From IMG/VR virus record IMGVR_UViG_3300036791_000797, positions 1 to 64,000 of that record: DNA of 64,000 bases; one strand, written 5' to 3'. The DNA is from a virus. The notes beneath the pieces are model-generated. The model saw only the letters and a program-made list of their open reading frames with translations, was not told the origin of the DNA and did not search any database. Both the position numbers and the translations under genes were made by a program. Shown here one piece after another: positions 1 through 8,899 of this stretch; within the stretch, counting starts at the first letter, position 1; the number at the start of each line of letters is the position of its first letter.

Positions 1-2
1 CC

Positions 3-98
3 GTTCTGCAGCGGGACTTCCCCCAGCAACTGTGGACGGCCATGGGTACCGCCATCACCGAGAACGCCGTCGAACAGGTCGATGGTCGGGCGGGCTAA
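3..98 (+). CDS. 3' end of a gene entering from the left edge
   Basis: Open frame VLQRDFPQQLWTAMGTAITENAVEQVDGRAG* with GC3-rich codons, TAA at 96-98. Confidence 0.45.
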   Translation, partial: VLQRDFPQQLWTAMGTAITENAVEQVDGRAG

Positions 99-140
99 GG
101 CCTGGTCCACCAGGGTGGCGCAGCCGGGGCAGAGATCCCA

Positions 141-329
141 GTGGAGGGACTCCTCGACATAGCCGCTGTCCTGGGTGAAGCGCATGCTGACTCTCACCCA
201 GCCGGGAGGCATCAAGGCCCGCGGCTGGGTGCTGACGTATTCGGCCGGACAACGGTCGCAGAAGAACCGCGTGCCTCTGAGCAGCCGTCGAGCCATGTAC
301 AAGATCTTCCCAGAGCCCCGAAGGGTTGA
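141..329 (+). CDS. hypothetical protein
   Basis: 62-aa ORF in operon direction, no motif. Confidence 0.3.
   Translation: MEGLLDIAAVLGEAHADSHPAGRHQGPRLGADVFGRTTVAEEPRASEQPSSHVQDLPRAPKG
294..329 (+). promoter_or_regulatory. degenerate copy of putative phage-specific promoter motif
   Basis: CATGTA-N20-GAAGGGTTGA, same spacing as the copies at 42972, 45482 and 55431. Confidence 0.35.
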
Positions 330-347
330 AAGAGAGGATCAGCCCCG

Positions 348-638
348 ATGAAGATGCCTTCGTGGTGGCCCTGGAAACGCAAGCCTGCTCCCGAGACCCC
401 TGAGACCTCTGAGACTCCTGAGCCCATCCCTGAGCCCCTGCCCGCCCCGATAACCCCGCTGCCCCCCGAACCTCCTCTAGCCGAGCCTGAGAGCCCCCCA
501 GCGGCCGCTGTAGAGCCCGCGGTGCCTCCGGTGCCCCCGACCCCTCCGGCTGCCCCGCCGAAGCTCCAGAGGCCCCCTCCGCGGCCCCCGAGAGGCCCTC
601 AGGCTCCGCGAGGTGATCCACCCCCGGTGGCTAGTTGA
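348..638 (+). CDS. Pro/Glu-rich hypothetical protein
   Basis: GAGAGG SD upstream; MKMPSWWPWKRK then PET/PEP low-complexity repeats. Confidence 0.5.
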   Translation: MKMPSWWPWKRKPAPETPETSETPEPIPEPLPAPITPLPPEPPLAEPESPPAAAVEPAVPPVPPTPPAAPPKLQRPPPRPPRGPQAPRGDPPPVAS

Positions 639-793
639 GCTACGGGCATCAGGAGTTCGTGAAGTTCAGCCTCCGGGAGATCCTGGGGGAGATCCGAGTC
701 CACCTGGTCGAGACCGAGTCGCTGGTGAACAAGGCGACAGCCCTGCTGGAGATCGTGGACCAGCCCGAACCACCTGACGACGAGTCCAGCTAG
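635..793 (+). CDS. small hypothetical protein
   Basis: TTGA overlap with previous stop; GC3-rich frame ending TAG 791-793; alternative GTG start at 659 after AGGAG. Confidence 0.5.
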   Translation: MSYGHQEFVKFSLREILGEIRVHLVETESLVNKATALLEIVDQPEPPDDESS

Positions 794-810
794 CCTCTCT
801 CTAGGGGTAC

Positions 811-839
811 TTGCTAATGAGCCGGGAAATGGGTACTCT
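811..839 (+). promoter_or_regulatory. sigma70-type promoter, (near-)leaderless
   Basis: TTGCTA-N17-TACTCT, 9 nt before ATG 849; no SD; CTTAGAG word at 838-844. Confidence 0.55.
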
Positions 840-848
840 TAGAGCCAC

Positions 849-1577
849 ATGACTGATAATCCCGAATCCAAAGCCCTAGAGGCCGTCCCCCAAGAGGCCC
901 TCGACGGCATCAACAAGGGCTCCATCACCTGGGCCAACCTGGCCAAGTTGCTGGTGCGCGACCGGGCCACCGAAGTGGTCCCCAAGCCGGTCAAGCTGCC
1001 CATCCCGGCCCGCATCTCCGAAGACCAGATCCTGGCCATGAAGCGCCTGTTGGAGATCTTCGGCTCGGTGGTGCCCACCGTGCGCCGGGCACTGGAGCCC
1101 AAAGAGCGCGCCGCCCTCATGGACGAGCGTCAGGTCATCGACACCGTGGCCACCATGGCCGAGACCCGCAAGGACGGCATCCGCACCACCGTCCTGAACC
1201 ACAACGACGTGACCAAGGAGCATGCCAACGGGGGTAAGCCCCTCGATGCCGCGCCCATCGACAAGGATGGGCACTACCTGGCCGACGACAAGGACATCGT
1301 TAGCGTCCCCGACTCCGACAAGGTGTTCTCCTGGGAGACCAGTCGCTTCGAGCCCGAGATCAACCTGGCCAAGCTGAAGGCCCTGTCCGAGGATGACAGC
1401 GTCCCCGAGTTCACCCACGCCGACTGGCTGGCCATGACCGAGCAGACCAGGGTCTGGGACGAGCATAAGACCATGGCCCACCTGAAGCGCCACCCCGAGC
1501 TTCTGACCATCATCGCCCGCGCCGCCGAGCCCGCCAAGGCCCCTCGGGGAGCCCTCTACGTTAGGAAAGCCAAGTGA
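849..1577 (+). CDS. hypothetical phage protein
   Basis: 242-aa ORF with strong GC3 bias. Confidence 0.8.
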   Translation: MTDNPESKALEAVPQEALDGINKGSITWANLAKLLVRDRATEVVPKPVKLPIPARISEDQILAMKRLLEIFGSVVPTVRRALEPKERAALMDERQVIDTVATMAETRKDGIRTTVLNHNDVTKEHANGGKPLDAAPIDKDGHYLADDKDIVSVPDSDKVFSWETSRFEPEINLAKLKALSEDDSVPEFTHADWLAMTEQTRVWDEHKTMAHLKRHPELLTIIARAAEPAKAPRGALYVRKAK

Positions 1578-2098
1578 GTACCACCTTCATCCCCACCCTG
1601 GAGGCCCTGGAGGGCTCTGAGCCCGATCTACCGAGGGTCACCTCGGTGGAGATCGACCTGCCTCCCGACGAGTTCACCCCGCCGGTCCTGGCCATCGTGG
1701 ACTACGTCCTGGACACCTCCACCCCCATCTTCGAGCATATCGACGTGTCCGCCGAGCCCCACTACACCGTTTCCGAGGCGGCCATGTTCTTCTTCCGGCG
1801 CTCCTCGCACTGGATCCGCCTGCAGGAGAACCTGTGTATCAACTGCCGCCGCACCAATCGCCTGGAGGATCACAACCGTTGTCCTCTGGGCGGTAAGCAT
1901 GACGTGGGCCTGAACCGCCTGAACGGCCAGTTCGTGGCCGTTCACCGTACCGAGGGTGGGGCGCGCTACTACGACCTGGCCGACATCGAGGACCTGGCCA
2001 GGGCGCTCTACGAGCATGACGTGATCGATCAGAGCCAGCTTTCGTATGCCCTGGCTATCGCCAGGTTGCAGGGCAAGCTCTGGGATTATCTGACGTAG
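1574..2098 (+). CDS. MerR/Xis-like HTH DNA-binding protein
   Basis: HYTVSEAAMFFFRRSSHWIR ... RTEGGARYYDLADIE winged-helix pattern with a CxxC insert. Confidence 0.65.
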   Translation: MSTTFIPTLEALEGSEPDLPRVTSVEIDLPPDEFTPPVLAIVDYVLDTSTPIFEHIDVSAEPHYTVSEAAMFFFRRSSHWIRLQENLCINCRRTNRLEDHNRCPLGGKHDVGLNRLNGQFVAVHRTEGGARYYDLADIEDLARALYEHDVIDQSQLSYALAIARLQGKLWDYLT

Positions 2099-2350
2099 AT
2101 GGTCGATGTCGAGCCGTGCGAGAAGCATGAGATCATCAACTGCTCGATATGTCATCACTCCCCTGACTCATCCCGTCTCAAGGTCAGTGGAGGAGGGGGA
2201 AAGTTCAACCCCGGATTACGGGCGGATCATCACTGGATCAAAGCCAAGTATCCAGGTCATTGCTATGAGTGTCATACGCCTTTTGAAGAAGGTGATCTCA
2301 TCACTCGGTCACTGGACGACGAAGGCTGGATCTGTGAAGACTGTGCCTGA
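2099..2350 (+). CDS. small Zn-finger protein
   Basis: CSIC, CYEC and CEDC pairs; TGATG coupling to thyX. Confidence 0.65.
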   Translation: MVDVEPCEKHEIINCSICHHSPDSSRLKVSGGGGKFNPGLRADHHWIKAKYPGHCYECHTPFEEGDLITRSLDDEGWICEDCA

Positions 2351-3147
2351 TGCGACTCATCGACCGACCGACAGTCTTCCTCGTTGCCTACCCGGCCCTC
2401 GACTGGGGCGAAATAAGAAGGTACCTCAAAGAGGTTGACCCGGCCGCCCTGGCCTGGTCGGAGCGGGTGGCCCAGTCCGACCTGCCCGAAGGCGAGATCC
2501 TGGTGGAGTTCGGCGGGCGGCTGTGCTATCGGTCCTGGGTCGAGGGGCTCAACCCCAACGTCAGCCGGGTCCGCACCGACTCCGCTGACTACCTCGGCAA
2601 CATCGTCTCCAGCTACCACGGCTCGGTCCTCGAACACGCCAACTACAGCTTCGTCATGCACAACGTCAGTCGGGTGTTCACCCACGAACTGGTCCGCCAC
2701 CGGGCCGGAGCGGCCTACTCCCAGGAGTCCATGCGCTTCGTGCGCCTGGATGACCTGCCCTTCTGGTTCCCCATGTGGGCGCGCGATGACCCCGATGTCA
2801 TGGCCCGCTCCATCGACCTGCTGCAGCATATGGAGCGCCACCAGCACTGGATGGCTGATCACTTCGGTCTGGACGATCCGGCCGTGCCCTTCTCCGAGAA
2901 GAAGGCCAAGACCTCCTTCATGCGAAGGTTCGCTCCCGACGGGGTGGCCACGGGCGTGCTGGCCACCATGAACATCCGCACCCTGCGCCATGTCATCTAC
3001 ATGCGAACCGCCTTTGGGGCCGAGGAGGAGATCCGCCTGGTCTTCGATGAGGTGGCCCGTATCTGCATCGAGAAGTTCCCTGATCTCATGGCCGATTATT
3101 CTTCCACTGAGTACCAGGAGTGGATCCCCTCGTTTATAAAGGTTTGA
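2350..3147 (+). CDS. thyX: flavin-dependent thymidylate synthase
   Basis: HGSVLEH, SRVFTHELVRHRAGAAYSQESMRF (RHRx7-8S signature), AEEEIR. Confidence 0.95.
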   Translation: MRLIDRPTVFLVAYPALDWGEIRRYLKEVDPAALAWSERVAQSDLPEGEILVEFGGRLCYRSWVEGLNPNVSRVRTDSADYLGNIVSSYHGSVLEHANYSFVMHNVSRVFTHELVRHRAGAAYSQESMRFVRLDDLPFWFPMWARDDPDVMARSIDLLQHMERHQHWMADHFGLDDPAVPFSEKKAKTSFMRRFAPDGVATGVLATMNIRTLRHVIYMRTAFGAEEEIRLVFDEVARICIEKFPDLMADYSSTEYQEWIPSFIKV

Positions 3148-3148
3148 G

Positions 3149-3616
3149 ATGGTAGCTAGAGGAACGCGTATGTCCGAGGAGTCGCGAGAAAAGATGCGTC
3201 TGGCCAAGCTCGGGGGGAAGCAATCGTCGGAGCATGTGGCTGCCCGAGTGGCGGGTCGGGCTGGCTACCAGCATTCTTTGGAGACGCGTCAGCAGATGTC
3301 GGTCACCAAAGGTGGAGGCACTCTCGAAGTGAAGGGTGATTACCTCTATCGGACTGGAGTGATTGGTCATCCTCTGGCCGAGGAAGGTCGGGTGGCGGAG
3401 CATCGCCGGGTGTTGTATGACGCTATCGGTCCCGGCCCCCATCATTGTGAGGTCCGGCACAAGTGTGATGGTACCGAGCCTCTTGTTTGGGATGGTCACT
3501 TCGGGATCAACGTGGACCACATCGACCGGGACCCCTTCAACAACGATCGTGACAACCTCCGGGTGGCCTGCTGGTTTTGCAATCGGAATCGCGACAATCC
3601 CTTCCACCAGGTATAG
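3149..3616 (+). CDS. free-standing HNH homing endonuclease with NUMOD3-like repeats
   Basis: MSEESREKMRLAKLG / HSLETRQQMS repeats; VAEHR ... VDHIDRDPFNNDRDNL ... CWFCN; lower GC3 than flanks. Confidence 0.85.
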   Translation: MVARGTRMSEESREKMRLAKLGGKQSSEHVAARVAGRAGYQHSLETRQQMSVTKGGGTLEVKGDYLYRTGVIGHPLAEEGRVAEHRRVLYDAIGPGPHHCEVRHKCDGTEPLVWDGHFGINVDHIDRDPFNNDRDNLRVACWFCNRNRDNPFHQV

Positions 3617-3624
3617 GTGATCGA

Positions 3625-4209
3625 ATGAATCTGCCCACCATTGAAGTTACCGAGGAAGAAGCCACCGCCAAGCTGGCCGAGTACGAGAAGATGCTGGCCA
3701 CCGAGCGCACCGCCGAAGACGAGGCCATCGCCCAGGCCTACCGGGCCGCCCGGCGGGGCCTGCCGGTCATTCGCCTCACCGAGGCCATGAGGCTGGGCGA
3801 CTACTTCGATTCTGGCCTGCCCCGCATGGCCATCGCCGGGGCCACCTGGACCGAGTGCCATGTGACCTGGAGCAGCGACGACCTGCTCTTCAGTGAGCAA
3901 CACTGGCCCCGCAACCAGGGTGCCCTGGTGGGCCGCGCCACGGTGCGGGTGCCCATGCGGGAGGTGTCCATCCCCACCAATCGCAACTGGCGCACCGGCC
4001 AGGCCATGATCCCCCTGGTGCCACCCCGCCACCGGCCCAAGCTGAGCCGCTTGCGCCACTGCCACATCCTGTGGGAGGTGGACGCCTGGAACCTGCAGCC
4101 GCCCAAGGACCCCGCCCTGCTGCGCCACATCCGCGGTGATCTTTGGGCCGTGCTGGCGGTGTGGGATCTCACCGAGTTGGAGCGGGCCGTCCTGGCTCAG
4201 CGATCATGA
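3625..4209 (+). CDS. conserved hypothetical phage protein
   Basis: AGGTG SD; C-terminus DPALLRHIRGDLWAVLAVWDLTELERAVL. Confidence 0.75.
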   Translation: MNLPTIEVTEEEATAKLAEYEKMLATERTAEDEAIAQAYRAARRGLPVIRLTEAMRLGDYFDSGLPRMAIAGATWTECHVTWSSDDLLFSEQHWPRNQGALVGRATVRVPMREVSIPTNRNWRTGQAMIPLVPPRHRPKLSRLRHCHILWEVDAWNLQPPKDPALLRHIRGDLWAVLAVWDLTELERAVLAQRS

Positions 4210-4994
4210 CCGCCTGCGGTAAGTGGGTCACCGGCTACAACGCCCCCGATCGGGCCAATCCCGATCAGGAGCATCGGGTGGAGCTACGCACCAGCTATCC
4301 CTGCAGCGTCGAGCCAGAGGGCCACGAAGGCCCCTGTGCGGCCGTAGAGCAGCCCCAGACCATCTCGGCCCGTCAACGGTGGCTGGAGGCCCAGAGACGC
4401 CGTAGCGCCGATCTGAGGCAGATCCAGTCGGGCCTGGGGGAGCATCAGGGTCGTCCCCTGACCTTCGCGGAGAACCAGGGCACCGAGGCCAGGCCCCATC
4501 CCTCCCAGAACGTCCCCTGTCCCCTGTGCGGGTCCTCGTTCATGGCCAAGGACCTGACCGAGCATCTGCGTCAGAGCCACGGCTCCACGGCCAGCATGGC
4601 CGCGGTGGGTCGATCGTCTTCCCAACCCACGGCGGAGATGCTCACTCCCACCAGGGCCGATCGGGAGCATGACCAGAAGCTCCCCGAGGTCAACGAGCGC
4701 CCGGTCATGCACAACGTACTCACCGATCTCATCGCCAAGCGCCTGGCCATCGGCATCGAGCGCTACGGCACCGGCCTGCAGCCCATGAACGGCCGGGATG
4801 CCTACCGGGACCTGGTCGAGGAACTGGTGGACGCGGCCGTCTACACCTTGCAGATCCAGCACGAACGAGCCGAGATGTATGTCAATGCTATTGCTGTGCA
4901 GAAGGAGCTTAATAGAGTCAATAGTGATGACATTGTGATTTATCCTGTAGTTCTAGCTAGCATCGATGCAATAGTGAAATGGCTGGAGCAATGA
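4206..4994 (+). CDS. Zn-finger plus MazG-like nucleotide pyrophosphohydrolase-like domain
   Basis: CPLC-x12-H-x4-H finger; GIERYGTGLQPMNGRDAYRDLVEELVDAAVY (EExxD all-alpha NTP-PPase pattern). Confidence 0.6.
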   Translation: MTACGKWVTGYNAPDRANPDQEHRVELRTSYPCSVEPEGHEGPCAAVEQPQTISARQRWLEAQRRRSADLRQIQSGLGEHQGRPLTFAENQGTEARPHPSQNVPCPLCGSSFMAKDLTEHLRQSHGSTASMAAVGRSSSQPTAEMLTPTRADREHDQKLPEVNERPVMHNVLTDLIAKRLAIGIERYGTGLQPMNGRDAYRDLVEELVDAAVYTLQIQHERAEMYVNAIAVQKELNRVNSDDIVIYPVVLASIDAIVKWLEQ

Positions 4995-5209
4995 CAACCG
5001 AGCAGGATCTCCCGCTGGATTATAAGTGGATCGACTGGGATCATCTCTATCTCTATGTCGGCAGAGCCATGCTGCAGAATCATGTTCCGATGATGACCGA
5101 TAAGATCGCCAAGTACCTGGAGGATCAGGCTCGGGACATGCACCGGGCGGCCGACAAGTTGGTCATAGCCGCTAAAGCTCTGCGGACTACCAAGCAGCAG
5201 AATGCATGA
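4991..5209 (+). CDS. hypothetical protein
   Basis: ATGA overlaps at both ends. Confidence 0.6.
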   Translation: MTTEQDLPLDYKWIDWDHLYLYVGRAMLQNHVPMMTDKIAKYLEDQARDMHRAADKLVIAAKALRTTKQQNA

Positions 5210-6126
5210 CCACGCTCCTGGTGGACGGCCACAACATCGCCCTGCGATCACTGTTCGCCATGAGCAAGGCCAAGCCCCTCAGCACCGCCGACGGGGTGCC
5301 CACCGGAGCCCTGCACACCACCATCATCTCCTTGGCCAGCTACGTGCGGACCATCCGCCCGGATCGCATCATGGTGTGCTGGGACGGTGGCGGATCGTGG
5401 CGGCGCGATGTCTATCCTGAGTACAAGGCCGATCGGGTGGTGGGATCCGAGCCCACCGAGTTCATCGCCCAGGTAAAGCAGTTCCTGCTCCTGGCCGGGG
5501 TTCAACAGGTGGCCCGCTCCCGTGAAGAGGCCGATGACTTGATCGCGGGATACTGGACCGAAGCCGGGAATGACTTCGTCCACATCATCAGCGGTGATAA
5601 GGACTTCTACCAGTTACTCAATCCCCGTACTCAGATCCACCATCCGGGGGACAAAGAGGTATGGACGGTCGAGCGCTTTATTGAGGAGTTCGGTATTCAT
5701 CCCCAGCATATGAGACTGGTCATGGCCCTGACTGGGGACAAGATCGACGGCATTCCTGGCGTACCCCACGTTGGCATGAAGACGGCGGTGAAGATCGTCA
5801 ACAGCGTCCATGGTAACGCTCAGCAGTTGCTGCAGCTTGAGAGCTTCGGAAAGATCAAGATTCCACCGGGCATCGTAACCCGCAATCTTCGCCTGGTGGA
5901 CCTGACCAGAGTGTCCCTGCTGGCATTGCCGGTGCTGGGGTTCTTTAACCCCACGCGTCCCGCTGGACAGGGCTGGGACGACCTTGTAGCCTTCCTCGAT
6001 CGTTGGGAACTTAACGTCGTTAAAAGTCGGCTTTTGGCTGGTCGTTTGTGGGTTGACACAGCGTGGAGCCCTAAGCCAACGCGTCCTTCCGACCGTGAGA
6101 AAGGAGATCGCCTTTGGGCCTACTAA
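5206..6126 (+). CDS. 5'-3' exonuclease / flap endonuclease (Pol I N-terminal-like)
   Basis: LLVDGHN, YPEYKADR, EEADDLIA, SGDKDFYQL, LTGDKIDGIPGVPHVGMKTA. Confidence 0.93.
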   Translation: MTTLLVDGHNIALRSLFAMSKAKPLSTADGVPTGALHTTIISLASYVRTIRPDRIMVCWDGGGSWRRDVYPEYKADRVVGSEPTEFIAQVKQFLLLAGVQQVARSREEADDLIAGYWTEAGNDFVHIISGDKDFYQLLNPRTQIHHPGDKEVWTVERFIEEFGIHPQHMRLVMALTGDKIDGIPGVPHVGMKTAVKIVNSVHGNAQQLLQLESFGKIKIPPGIVTRNLRLVDLTRVSLLALPVLGFFNPTRPAGQGWDDLVAFLDRWELNVVKSRLLAGRLWVDTAWSPKPTRPSDREKGDRLWAY

Positions 6127-6215
6127 GAGACTGACATTCGCAACAACGTCAGTCTTGACCCCAAAACGCAAGGGGATCGTCCATGATCCTCCCCATGTGA
6201 GGAGCCAAGCTCAAC

Positions 6216-6932
6216 GTGAAAGTTACCCGTGGGGCGACTGCCAAGATCGCCCTCTCCGCCGCCTTCCTGGGCGGCCTGCTTTTTGCGGTACCCATGGCGG
6301 CTCAGGCCGCTTCCCTACCAGCGACAGGAGATGTGGCTCAGGCCCGTGGTTCATCCCCGAGCGTGATCCTCACGGCGGTGCAGACCCCGACTCTCGCACG
6401 CTACACGGTCGCTTCCGGCGACACGCTGTGGGGAATCGGGATCCGCACCCATCGGACGTGGCCAGCCCTGGCGAGCTATAACCACATTCCGAACCCTGAC
6501 CTGATCTACGTCGGGAACGTCCTCACCATTCCGCCCGCGACGTACATCGGTTCGGTCTCACTACCCGCTCCTGCCCCCACCTACACACCTCCTGTCAGGC
6601 AGCGCTATTCGGCTCCGGTCAGGACTTATACACCTCCTGCACCTCGACCGGTGGTCAGCACCTACAGCGGAGGTGGAGGAGGAGGAGGGGCCTTCACCGG
6701 AGTCTGGGCCTGCATCGCCCAGCATGAATCGGGCGGTAACCCGGCCGAGAACACCGGCAATGGGTACTACGGGGGACTCCAGTTCACGGCTCAGACGTGG
6801 GCTGCCTACGGTGGTTCCGGCAGTGCGGCTAATGCCTCCGCCTCGCAACAGGAGGCTGTGGCCAACCGCATCGTGGCGGCCCAGGGCGGCTACGGAGCCT
6901 GGCCGAACACCTCCCGCATGTGCGGGGTATAG
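6216..6932 (+). CDS. secreted LysM + resuscitation-promoting-factor (Rpf) lytic transglycosylase
   Basis: Signal peptide (AQAA), LysM YTVASGDTLWGI...NPDLIYVGNVLTIP, Rpf core HESGGNPAENTGNGYYGGLQF...TW...GAWP; GAGGAG SD. Confidence 0.9.
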   Translation: MKVTRGATAKIALSAAFLGGLLFAVPMAAQAASLPATGDVAQARGSSPSVILTAVQTPTLARYTVASGDTLWGIGIRTHRTWPALASYNHIPNPDLIYVGNVLTIPPATYIGSVSLPAPAPTYTPPVRQRYSAPVRTYTPPAPRPVVSTYSGGGGGGGAFTGVWACIAQHESGGNPAENTGNGYYGGLQFTAQTWAAYGGSGSAANASASQQEAVANRIVAAQGGYGAWPNTSRMCGV

Positions 6933-6971
6933 CCTGATCATCGCTACGCGAATGCTGTAGTCACAACCAGG

Positions 6972-7016
6972 AGCCCCCGGTCAGATACCTCTTCCGCCTT
7001 CTGACCGGGGGCTTTG
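6972..7016 (+). terminator. stem-loop / probable terminator after rpf
   Basis: Perfect 14-bp inverted repeat AGCCCCCGGTCAGA / TCTGACCGGGGGCT followed by a short T run. Confidence 0.6.
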
Positions 7017-7187
7017 CCCTTTCGGGCAGAGGTTGCCCGGCGATCGTTGCAGGTGGTAGCCTCCCCGCAGAGGTCATCCGGGCTGGATCCCTTTGAACTC
7101 AAGACGTGCATATTGGCCGTCCCACCTTCTGCTGGCCGGTGGATGGGGCGGCCAACTCTCTCCCCTCCGGGGGAATCGGGGTATCGG

Positions 7188-7535
7188 GTGGTCAAGAAGG
7201 CAAACGAGCCGAGTGGGTCATCTGTCTCAACGAAGCAGATGGCCTACACCGTCAAGGACGGTCGTATGGTCACTTTTCTCTTCGAGAACCTGCCGTCGGT
7301 ATCGGGCTATTTGGCCGGGATGGATGGGTATCACTGGCTGGTTATCACACCAGATCTCAGCATCTATCTCATCCACAAAGCATCAGCCTGCGTTAACCTT
7401 GGGAAGTTAGATCAAGAGTCTTCTCTGAAAGCGGAAGATCACCAGGATGAGATCGAGCGACTCGTCCTTCCTTTCCGCCAATACCTACGGGATAAAGAGA
7501 TCATTCCTCCAGGTAAAGTGAAGGGCGAAACCTAA
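7188..7535 (+). CDS. hypothetical protein (start uncertain)
   Basis: 3' part of ORF 7014..7535; TAATG coupling to next gene. Confidence 0.6.
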   Translation: MVKKANEPSGSSVSTKQMAYTVKDGRMVTFLFENLPSVSGYLAGMDGYHWLVITPDLSIYLIHKASACVNLGKLDQESSLKAEDHQDEIERLVLPFRQYLRDKEIIPPGKVKGET

Positions 7536-7978
7536 TGCTTATGGCCTTTGATTCGGAGTTGGACCAACTGGGCGTACAGAGTGTCCGGGTCCAACGCAAC
7601 GAACGGATAGCAGTTACTTCCAACCCCCAAGCCATCGACATAAGAGTCATCCACATTCTCCAGGGGGATGACCAGTGGGATTGGCGGGGCATTCGGGATT
7701 ACGTGCATGATCAGATCTGTCGCATCCATGGCGACTTCCCGCCCATGACGGCGGTCCAGGAGTCGGGGATCTTCAAGTCCTTCCTGGGCCGGTGGCCCAA
7801 TGACGACTTCCCCGTCATCGTGGCCTCGGCCATCGCCCGCTATGCCTTCGAGATCGAGGGCGGCTGGTGGTACGGAGCCCCCATCGGCTATGGCCGCTTC
7901 ACCAGGGCCTCAGACGGCTACTTCGCCGTGCCCATCGCCACCAAGCTGGCCACCGCCGCGCCCTACGCCACGCGCTAG
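7535..7978 (+). CDS. hypothetical protein upstream of the helicase loader
   Basis: 147-aa ORF abutting the DnaC-like gene. Confidence 0.7.
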   Translation: MLMAFDSELDQLGVQSVRVQRNERIAVTSNPQAIDIRVIHILQGDDQWDWRGIRDYVHDQICRIHGDFPPMTAVQESGIFKSFLGRWPNDDFPVIVASAIARYAFEIEGGWWYGAPIGYGRFTRASDGYFAVPIATKLATAAPYATR

Positions 7979-8899
7979 GTGTTCGAGCTTCCCGCCCTGC
8001 CGGGGGCCATCAGCACCCTCAAGAACGAGGACTCCGATCGACTCAAGCGGGAGTTCGGTGACGATCTGGCCGTCTCCCCTGAGGATTGCCGCACCTGCCG
8101 GGGCACCGGCACCTTCCTCTGGTATGCCCGTGCCGCCGCTGACGATCACGATCCCAATGAGATCGTGGAGTTCAAATGCCCGTGTGAAGACCAGTGGTTA
8201 CTCAACAGATTCCTGTTGAACTGTGGGATCAAAAACAAGTATCAACGCTTCGATTGGCATGATCTGGATACTCCCATACTTCCCCCTGAGATCATCGACT
8301 ACTTGGGCAATGCCAAGCACATCATCGATGCCGGACTGGGCCTGGTGCTGTACGGACCCGAAGGCACCGGCAAGACCCTCCTGGCCGTCCTGCTGCTCAA
8401 GACCCTTATCGCCCGTGGTCACAACGGCTACTTCACCACCTATGCCGACATGATCCAGCGCTTTCACGAAGGCCGCTTCGATCGAGAAGAGCGGGAGTGG
8501 TTTTTCCGTCGGGTCAAGCACGCCTCGGTGTTGGTCATCGATGACATTGGCCGGGAGCAGAAGCGTAAGAGACTGGAGTGGAATCGTGCTGATAGAGAGA
8601 CTGAAATGGGGAACGTTTTAGTTGATAATCAGGGTGGTGAAGTTCTTGATCTGAACACCACTGCCGAGTTTCTCTTCGAGGATGTCATCCGCCACCGGGT
8701 GGCCATGGTCTCGCCCACCTTTGTCACCTCCAACCTGCCCCTCTCGGGCCTGGCTACCAAGTACGGCAGCAACGTCATGAGCCTGCTCGATGAGCAGGCC
8801 ATCCCGGTGGAACTGTCCGGCCCCGATTGGCGCATCTCCAGCAAGGATCGGGCCACCGCCGAGGTCCACCAGGGCCTGCGCCGTCCGGTGGTGCTGTAG
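7979..8899 (+). CDS. DnaC/IstB-like AAA+ helicase loader
   Basis: CRTC...CPC Zn site, Walker A GPEGTGKT, Walker B VLVIDDIG, TSNL, GPDWR. Confidence 0.88.
   Translation: MFELPALPGAISTLKNEDSDRLKREFGDDLAVSPEDCRTCRGTGTFLWYARAAADDHDPNEIVEFKCPCEDQWLLNRFLLNCGIKNKYQRFDWHDLDTPILPPEIIDYLGNAKHIIDAGLGLVLYGPEGTGKTLLAVLLLKTLIARGHNGYFTTYADMIQRFHEGRFDREEREWFFRRVKHASVLVIDDIGREQKRKRLEWNRADRETEMGNVLVDNQGGEVLDLNTTAEFLFEDVIRHRVAMVSPTFVTSNLPLSGLATKYGSNVMSLLDEQAIPVELSGPDWRISSKDRATAEVHQGLRRPVVL

Noticed and set aside
390-440. 9-nt tandem repeats as origin iterons
   Set aside because: In frame within a Pro-rich ORF (PET/PEP); simplest reading is low-complexity coding
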